Assembly: GCA_964616705.1 (NCBI GenBank) | Contig: CAZTRP010000015.1 | Coordinates: 1,705 to 65,704, forward strand | DNA length: 64,000 bases | DNA from: an uncultured Pseudobdellovibrionaceae bacterium | GTDB lineage: Bacteria > Bdellovibrionota > FAC87 > UBA2466 | Direction of reading: 5' to 3' | In this document: positions 57,865 through 64,000 of the stretch, one piece after another | Numbering within the stretch: position 1 is the first letter of the stretch | Layout: each line of letters opens with the position of its first letter | The notes under the pieces: model-generated | What the model was told of the DNA's origin: nothing | Databases searched by the model: none | Seen by the model: only the letters and a program-made list of their open reading frames with translations | Translations under genes and position numbers: made by a program

Positions 57865-59552
57865 GGAGCTCTCACGTCGATAATCTGAAACTTTTCCACA
57901 TCCACCAACCCCTTATCGGTTAACTTCAAAGAGGGAATAACGGGAAGACTCAAAAATGCAAGCTGCAAAAAAGGCTCATCCAACTCACACCCTTGATTGC
58001 GGCAAACGAAACGCATTTTCTTAAGCGCTTTTCGAATTTCTTCTGCGGGCTCGGGGCTCATCAATCCTCCCAGAGGAAGTTTCAGCAAAGCCTTGACCGA
58101 TCCGTTTTGAGCCACGCTGTACCCACCGCCACTTTCAATAATTGCACCGAGCGCTAGGGCCATATCCTGTAGAGATGAACCCACCGCGATGAGGTTGTGA
58201 CTGTCGTGTCCGACACTAGATGCAATTGCGCCCCTAAAGCCCGATCCAAATCCCCGAACATAGCCATTCGCGGGAGGAGATTTCTTTCCATGCCTTTCCA
58301 GCACACTTAAATGAGCAACTCCCCGAGCATCGTGATTCTCAATACTACGACTCGTAAGAATTTTCCCGGACTCCACTCCGATAACATGCACTCTTCCCTC
58401 GGGCCCTCTTAGTTCTTCGGGACTCGGAGGCTTTGCACGCACGGAATTTGGGTACCTTACCGAGCGCACAGGAGCAAGAGCCGCATCCTCGAGGGGAACC
58501 CCTGCAGTAAGAACACTCTCGACTGCACAAGTCTCTCTATCTCCAAGCAACACAATGTCCGCACGATAGCCCGGCGCCAAGGCCCCAATACCACGCAGAC
58601 CGTAGTGACGCGCAACGGTCCAAGAACTACTACGATAGGCAGCTTCCATCGGAACGCCCTGGGCAATAGCGGAACGAATCAAATGATCGATGTGACCTTC
58701 CATGCCAATATCTAAGGGATTTCTATCGTCCGTGCAAAAACCCACTCTCGCCGAGCTAGCTAAGTCCAGCAGCGGCGCAAGACGTTTCAGATCTTTGGCC
58801 ACGCTGCCCTCACGAATCCAAACAGCAATGCCCTTAAGCAGCTTTTCCTGGGCTTCGTCTAGTCGGGTAGATTCATGACAGCTGGATATGCCAGCTGCGG
58901 TGTAGGCAGAAAGAGCAGGCCCACTTAACAAGGGACAGTGCCCATCAATGACCGAATCGCTAAACTCTTTGAGCTTTGCCCACACTCCAGCGTCGCCGTT
59001 TAGAACGCCAGGAACATTCATCATCTCGGCAAGGCCCAAAGCTTTAGGGTGGGAGCGCAATGGACGCAAGTCCGTCGCCTTGATATTGCCACCGCCATTT
59101 GTTTCAAGATGGGTCGCGGGCACACAAGAACTGAGCATCACCCTAAGATCGAGCGCCAACTTTTCTGACGCTTTCAGGAAGTAACGAATCCCTTCAATCC
59201 CCTGAACATTCGCCAACTCGTGAGGATCGCAAATCGCCGTTGTGGTTCCGCGGGCGAGAACCGCTTTTTGAAACTCTTGGGGTACCATCATGGAACTTTC
59301 CAGATGGACGTGGGCATCAATAAAGCCGGGAACAGCAAACTTTCCGCGCCCACGAATTTCCCGTTTTGCTTTTAGTCCCGAATCCAAACCCACTATGGTC
59401 CCAGCAAAAACAGCGACATCGCATTCTTTCCAGCGGCAGGAAAAAACATCAAATAGGGTGACGTTTCTAACAATCAAGTCGCAAAGGCGCTGGCCCAGGG
59501 CTGCTTCAACCACCGTCCGACGAACCGAGATTTCAGATTTCAACTTGGCCAT
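57861..59552 (-). CDS. ade: Adenine deaminase
   Basis: VPGFIDAHVHLESSM metal-binding motif and overall length. 4-bp overlap with the permease gene. Confidence 0.85.
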   Translation of the reverse strand: MAKLKSEISVRRTVVEAALGQRLCDLIVRNVTLFDVFSCRWKECDVAVFAGTIVGLDSGLKAKREIRGRGKFAVPGFIDAHVHLESSMMVPQEFQKAVLARGTTTAICDPHELANVQGIEGIRYFLKASEKLALDLRVMLSSCVPATHLETNGGGNIKATDLRPLRSHPKALGLAEMMNVPGVLNGDAGVWAKLKEFSDSVIDGHCPLLSGPALSAYTAAGISSCHESTRLDEAQEKLLKGIAVWIREGSVAKDLKRLAPLLDLASSARVGFCTDDRNPLDIGMEGHIDHLIRSAIAQGVPMEAAYRSSSWTVARHYGLRGIGALAPGYRADIVLLGDRETCAVESVLTAGVPLEDAALAPVRSVRYPNSVRAKPPSPEELRGPEGRVHVIGVESGKILTSRSIENHDARGVAHLSVLERHGKKSPPANGYVRGFGSGFRGAIASSVGHDSHNLIAVGSSLQDMALALGAIIESGGGYSVAQNGSVKALLKLPLGGLMSPEPAEEIRKALKKMRFVCRNQGCELDEPFLQLAFLSLPVIPSLKLTDKGLVDVEKFQIIDVRAP

Positions 59553-60546
59553 GAGACTTTCCGCGCCTTAACAAGGCACGCATCGGAGAAGGAAACACAG
59601 CGCGGTAGAGGAAGGCAATGCGCTCGGCGGTTTCTACACCGATCCAACTTGCAATCCACCGATAAACAGAATTTTGAGTATAAAACCGAGAACCATGGCT
59701 AAAACTAAAAGCCCGTCTTGCCAACGGTGTATTACCCAATCGGTACAACGCAGATCCCGTTTCAGCAAATGCGTCAGCCAACTCTAAAGGGTGGCTCGTA
59801 CGCAAAATCGGCGCAAGTGATTCGAGGCCCTGTAAACGGCCTTCCCAAACCTCGCTCCGCTTTTGGCTCCGGCTTTGGTCTCGAACTCGGATTTCAACCA
59901 ACGGGTCGACAATTGCAACATACCTTCCTCCCCGTTCCGCAAGGCGGATATGAAACTCGTAGTCTTCTGACTGCCAAAGATCTTCCCGGTATCCCCCGCA
60001 AGTCTGAATGTATTCGCGTCGGTACGTCCCGGCAGCGGGCAATATCGCGCTCGAAAGGCAAAAGGCCACCAAATCGGGCCGACTTTGCAGGCGCTTTAGC
60101 CCAAGAAAACACTGCCCGTAAGGTAAGCCGGCGCGGGTAGAACGTAGCTCAGTTAGGATAATGTCTGGCCGACCAACATCGATGGCGTGACGAATCGCGT
60201 GGGTCCAACCCTCTAAAAAAACATCGTCCGAATCGTGAAAGTGCACGTACTCGCTTTGAGCTTGGGCCAGAAGAAGGTTCCGGCCGCGCGCGGGTCCAAT
60301 GTTTCGCTCACCGCGATGTACTTTGAGTGTTCGAAAGGGATGATTCGACGGAAGATAATCTGACGCGGGAAACTGGGATGCATCATCGTAAATGAGCACC
60401 TCTTCGGGAGGGGCTGGCAACGCGGCCAGCGAAGCGAGCGCTTCCGTAAGCAAGCCTCTTTCATTAAAGTAGGTAAACAAAACCCCAAGACTCATACTTT
60501 CATGATACCCCCCAAAAAACCGCTTTCCACCTCGAATCAACCCCAT
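59533..60546 (-). CDS. Family 2 glycosyltransferase
   Basis: VLFTYFNE...VLIYDDAS(Q) DxD-type motif. The true start may be the internal Met at about 60495. Confidence 0.7.
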   Translation of the reverse strand: MGLIRGGKRFFGGYHESMSLGVLFTYFNERGLLTEALASLAALPAPPEEVLIYDDASQFPASDYLPSNHPFRTLKVHRGERNIGPARGRNLLLAQAQSEYVHFHDSDDVFLEGWTHAIRHAIDVGRPDIILTELRSTRAGLPYGQCFLGLKRLQSRPDLVAFCLSSAILPAAGTYRREYIQTCGGYREDLWQSEDYEFHIRLAERGGRYVAIVDPLVEIRVRDQSRSQKRSEVWEGRLQGLESLAPILRTSHPLELADAFAETGSALYRLGNTPLARRAFSFSHGSRFYTQNSVYRWIASWIGVETAERIAFLYRAVFPSPMRALLRRGKSHGQVEI

Positions 60547-60623
60547 TATCGTTCTTTAAGGATGGGGGTGGCTTAGATGCTGCACTTTCAGGGAACCGAA
60601 ATCCACGAAGGGGCTTAAACGCC

Positions 60624-61265
60624 CTATTTCTCGATGGCCGAGGCCAGCGACTCGAAAAACGTGCAGATCTGAGAAAAGCTATCGAATCCCATGCATTCTT
60701 GCGCCGGCGTGCCAAATCCGTAACGCGCATGGTAAAAATCCAAGCCCGCTTGACGAGAAGCGATTTGATCGCCGGCCGTATCTCCAATGTAGGCACCCCT
60801 GGACTTTGTATTTCTGCGCATTACCAAAGAAATATTGTCGCCTTTCGGCTTTCGAGTTGCCCCAAAGCATTCAACGTCTTGAAAGAGCTTTGCCAAGCCG
60901 CTGACGTTCATGAAGCGATCTAAGTACGCAGTCTCACAATTACTCACCACAAAAAGCGGGTAGTGCTTGGCTAGCATGGCAATACCACTGGCAACTCCGG
61001 GGTAAAGGTAGCTTTGCTGCAAATGGGCCACTTGCTCGGCGTAGAATTCCTCGACTGCCGATCTAGCGAGTTCAGGCTTGGTCCCCTTTAATAACCTTTC
61101 AATCGCTTCGTCATGCGGGAGACCCATGACGGATTGAATTTCCGAATCTGAAATATTGGGCAACTCTGCCCGCCGGCTGGCGACATGATTCCAAGCTTCT
61201 ACTGCCGGGCGAGTCGCATTCCACAGCGTGCCGTCCAAATCGAAAACAAGCGCGTCATAAGACAT
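60624..61265 (-). CDS. HAD-family hydrolase (phosphoglycolate-phosphatase-like)
   Basis: ALVFDLDGTLWN motif I. Later ...SN... and ...GDTAGD... motifs. Confidence 0.75.
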   Translation of the reverse strand: MSYDALVFDLDGTLWNATRPAVEAWNHVASRRAELPNISDSEIQSVMGLPHDEAIERLLKGTKPELARSAVEEFYAEQVAHLQQSYLYPGVASGIAMLAKHYPLFVVSNCETAYLDRFMNVSGLAKLFQDVECFGATRKPKGDNISLVMRRNTKSRGAYIGDTAGDQIASRQAGLDFYHARYGFGTPAQECMGFDSFSQICTFFESLASAIEK

Positions 61266-61310
61266 ACTTCACTCTAGACAACCCAGACTTCCCGCGTAAA
61301 GCTGCTTCCT

Positions 61311-61766
61311 ATGCTAAAAGTTGGCGATAAGGCACCGGCGTTTAACCTTCCCAGCCAGGAAGGCAAGATTTCACTCAAGGACTTTAAGGGCAAAACCGTT
61401 GTCCTGTATTTTTACCCCAAAGACCTGACTCCGGGGTGCACCACCGAAGCATGCGACTTCCGCGACAATCTGGGACGACTGAAGAAAGCGGGTGCGATTG
61501 TGCTGGGGGTAAGCAAAGACCCTTTGACCCAACACTCGAAGTTTCAAGAGAAACATGCACTGAACTTTCCGTTGCTCTCAGATGAAGACGGCGAAGTTTG
61601 TGAAGCCTATGGTGTGTGGCAAAAGAAAACGCTGTACGGAAAAAAGTTCATGGGAATCGTGCGTTCGACCTTCATCATTGATCCCGCTGGTAAGGTGAAG
61701 AACGTTTTTTCCCCTGTTAAAGTAAAGGGCCACGTCGAGGCCGTTCTCCTAGCCGTTCAGACTTAA
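61311..61766 (+). CDS. bcp: Thiol peroxidase Bcp (peroxiredoxin Q-type)
   Basis: [19 protein letters not shown] with peroxidatic and resolving Cys. Confidence 0.85.
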   Translation: MLKVGDKAPAFNLPSQEGKISLKDFKGKTVVLYFYPKDLTPGCTTEACDFRDNLGRLKKAGAIVLGVSKDPLTQHSKFQEKHALNFPLLSDEDGEVCEAYGVWQKKTLYGKKFMGIVRSTFIIDPAGKVKNVFSPVKVKGHVEAVLLAVQT

Positions 61767-61786
61767 ATCCGATATGACTTAGTTAC

Positions 61787-62500
61787 ATGGATCCAAAAAC
61801 ACGCCTTATTCTTGCACTAGATGTCGACAGTCTTTCTCGAGCCACCCCACTCATTGAGGCCCTTGCGCCGTACGTGGGTTATTTCAAAGTCGGACTTGAG
61901 CTGATTACCGCAGCGGGGGGACCCGCTGTTGTCCACCACGTTCAGCGACTTGGAGGCCAGGTATTTTACGATGCTAAGTTCAACGATATTCCCAATACCA
62001 TGGCGGGCGCTTGCCGGACGGTGGGGTCTATCGGTGCCAAACTATTCACAGTACATGCTTCGGCGGGACACGCTGCTTTAGTGGCGGCGGCCGAAAACAA
62101 AGGCTCTGCGGATTGCTTCGCTGTGACAGTGCTCACTTCCCTCGATGAAAGCGCTTCCCAACACATTTTTGGCCATAACCCGTTGGATCAAGTTCTTCGT
62201 TTCGCCAAAGACGCCGTAGACGCAAAGTTGGATGGCATAGTCTGCTCCCCTGTGGAACTTGAAAGCTTGGGTAGGGACGAAGCATTCAAAGACCTAAAAA
62301 AGATCACACCAGGAATTCGTCCATCTTGGAGCCACGGTGGAGACGACCAAAAACGCGTTCTTACTCCGTCGGAGGCCATTAAGGCAGGTGCGGACTATTT
62401 GGTAATTGGAAGGCCAATCACTAACCCTCCCATCGGAATCGGCAGTCCGATTGACGCGGTAAAGAAAATATTGGCTGAAATCCAAGAGGCCTCTGCGTGA
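61787..62500 (+). CDS. pyrF: Orotidine-5'-phosphate decarboxylase
   Basis: LILALDV...FKVGLEL...DAKFNDIPNT. Confidence 0.85.
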   Translation: MDPKTRLILALDVDSLSRATPLIEALAPYVGYFKVGLELITAAGGPAVVHHVQRLGGQVFYDAKFNDIPNTMAGACRTVGSIGAKLFTVHASAGHAALVAAAENKGSADCFAVTVLTSLDESASQHIFGHNPLDQVLRFAKDAVDAKLDGIVCSPVELESLGRDEAFKDLKKITPGIRPSWSHGGDDQKRVLTPSEAIKAGADYLVIGRPITNPPIGIGSPIDAVKKILAEIQEASA

Positions 62501-63105
62501 GCCGGTCCCAAGCCCTCGCACTCTTTGAAAAGTGTGGTGCAATTGTTCAGGGCAGCCATTTGATCTACACCTCAGGTCGTCACGGTAGTGACTATGTGAA
62601 TAAGGATGCGCTCTACCCGCAGACCGAAATCATCTCCGAACTATGCCTGGAGATCGCAAAGGCTTTTGCATCCGATCGAATTGAAAGAGTTCTTGCTCCA
62701 GCTCTGGGCGGAATCATTCTGACACAGTGGACTGCGCACCATCTTCAGGCACTGACACGGCAACCTGTTTTAGCGCTCTTTGCCGAAAAAGCCGAAACCC
62801 CGGAAGGCTTCGTTCTAAAGCGCGGCTATGAAAAGCTCCTAAGCTCAAAGAGGACGCTTATTCTTGAGGATATTCTCACTACGGGTGGTTCGGTGAAAAA
62901 AGTAGTCCAACTTGCGCGCGGACTTGGAGCCGATGTCGTGGGAGTTGCGGCGCTTTGTAACCGAGGAAACATCAGTGCAGAGGAAATCGATGCTCCTCGG
63001 CTATTCTCACTTGCTGAAGTTTCCTTACAGTCTTGGGAATCAAAAGACTGCCCGCTCTGTAAACAAGGTATCGCCTTGCATCCTAGCCTAGGAAAACGCG
63101 CCTAG
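62497..63105 (+). CDS. pyrE: Orotate phosphoribosyltransferase
   Basis: LILEDILTTGGS PRPP-binding motif. GTGA overlap with pyrF. Confidence 0.85.
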   Translation: MSRSQALALFEKCGAIVQGSHLIYTSGRHGSDYVNKDALYPQTEIISELCLEIAKAFASDRIERVLAPALGGIILTQWTAHHLQALTRQPVLALFAEKAETPEGFVLKRGYEKLLSSKRTLILEDILTTGGSVKKVVQLARGLGADVVGVAALCNRGNISAEEIDAPRLFSLAEVSLQSWESKDCPLCKQGIALHPSLGKRA

Positions 63106-63491
63106 TTCGACTTCAATACAGCTAGAAGTAGCAGCGCCCACGCGACAAGTAGAGCAACTCCACCAATTGGAGTGACTGCGCCCAACCATCTTGCCTGCGT
63201 GAGTACGAGCAAATACAGCGTTCCGCTAAATATGACAGTTCCGGCGACAAATAAGCTGCCAGCCCTGTACAACCACACAGAATTGCCTAGCGACAAACCG
63301 CTGCCGATAAGAAGCAAAACGATTGCGTGAAACATTTGGTAGTGGGTGGCGGTTTTGAAAATTTCTAGATCTTCGGCGGAAACTTTAGCTTTTAAAGCAT
63401 GGGCACCGAACGCACCCAAGGCAACAGCAAGGAAACCCAGAATAGAACCAATGGCCAAGAATAAACGACTCATGGCCAATAGCCATACCAA
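63102..63491 (-). CDS. DUF423 membrane protein
   Basis: Four-TM protein of 129 aa with a GAFGAHAL motif. Confidence 0.65.
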   Translation of the reverse strand: MVWLLAMSRLFLAIGSILGFLAVALGAFGAHALKAKVSAEDLEIFKTATHYQMFHAIVLLLIGSGLSLGNSVWLYRAGSLFVAGTVIFSGTLYLLVLTQARWLGAVTPIGGVALLVAWALLLLAVLKSN

Positions 63492-63502
63492 GCCGAATTC
63501 AA

Positions 63503-64000
63503 TTAGACCAGCTCTGGAACCAACCCCATGCAGTCTGAAACTGTGTTTTGTTTTTCGTACCAGCTGACGGTTTTTTCAATTCCCTTGTGAAGGCTCCAGC
63601 TGGGAGAAAAGCTTAGTAGCTCCTGAGCCCGGCTAATATCCACACACCGTCTTGGCTGTCCGTTAGGTTTGGAAACATCCCATCGAATTTTCCCACTAAA
63701 CCCTGTCACCTGGGCAATGGTTTGTGCCAACGCCGCAATCGAAATTTCTTGGCCAGTACCGAGATTAATCGGCTCTGCCCCATCGTACATCTGACCCGCG
63801 CGAACTATCCCCTCAGCGGCATCCTCGACGTACAGAAACTCACGAGTCGCAGTACCATCTCCCCACAACACTATTTCAGAGTCGTTTGAGTGCACGGCAT
63901 CCAGGCATTTTCGTATGAGAGCTGGAATGACGTGGGAAGTCTGCAAGTCGAAGTTATCGCCTGGGCCGAAAAGATTCACCGGCAAGAGGTAAATCGAATT
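63503..64000 (-). CDS. fcl: GDP-L-fucose synthase, C-terminal part (N-terminus beyond right edge)
   Basis: NLFGPGDNFDLQTSHVIPALIRK...YVEDAA...NLGTG motifs. The ORF is open to the window edge. Confidence 0.75.
   Translation of the reverse strand, partial: NSIYLLPVNLFGPGDNFDLQTSHVIPALIRKCLDAVHSNDSEIVLWGDGTATREFLYVEDAAEGIVRAGQMYDGAEPINLGTGQEISIAALAQTIAQVTGFSGKIRWDVSKPNGQPRRCVDISRAQELLSFSPSWSLHKGIEKTVSWYEKQNTVSDCMGLVPELV

Noticed and set aside
1-64000. CRISPR arrays, tRNA/rRNA genes, IS elements or integrases
   Set aside because: No regularly spaced direct repeats, no tRNA T-loop/anticodon-arm patterns, and no transposase or integrase motifs were seen. Absence by eye is not proof.

Overview
Chromosomal window from a moderate-GC (about 50%) Gram-negative bacterium, densely coded on both strands. 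No rRNA, tRNA, CRISPR array or transposase was recognised by eye. I saw no GGTTCGAATCC-type T-loop or tRNA-like cloverleaf.

The overall content loosely suggests a Bdellovibrio-like predatory or free-living proteobacterium; this is speculative. The cues are many signal-peptide proteins, a secreted S1 protease, AsmA, an RCC1-repeat secreted protein, a TolC/HlyD/ABC triad and ~50% GC.

Housekeeping blocks:
- sucA-sucB (2-oxoglutarate dehydrogenase E1/E2, 11-bp overlap)
- pyrF-pyrE
- aspartokinase
- exonuclease III (xth)
- fadD
- two aldehyde dehydrogenases
- an Old Yellow Enzyme
- bcp peroxiredoxin
- an adenine salvage pair (NCS2 permease + adenine deaminase)
- dCMP deaminase
- a partial GDP-fucose synthase at the right edge

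Accessory-looking content:
1. A secreted eukaryotic-like protein-kinase-fold protein, flanked by uncharacterised secreted proteins and an AraC regulator.
2. An NhaR-like LysR regulator followed by a beta-carbonic anhydrase and a bestrophin-family channel, then a large secreted HEAT-repeat protein and a second beta-carbonic anhydrase.
3. A PrtD-type ABC / HlyD / TolC exporter with a degenerate nucleotide-binding domain and no obvious substrate.
4. A RegB/RegA (PrrB/PrrA)-type redox two-component system next to Sco1 (SenC-like), a TlpA-like thiol-disulfide oxidoreductase and a secreted thioredoxin-fold protein; a paralogue of that last protein sits about 12 kb away.
5. A monoheme CxxCH secreted protein.
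6. An RCC1-repeat secreted protein.
7. A low-coding-density left edge: a degraded four-helix-bundle gene remnant and an edge-truncated minus-strand ORF that the supplied ORF track missed.

All functional calls are from motif recognition by eye. No database search was run.
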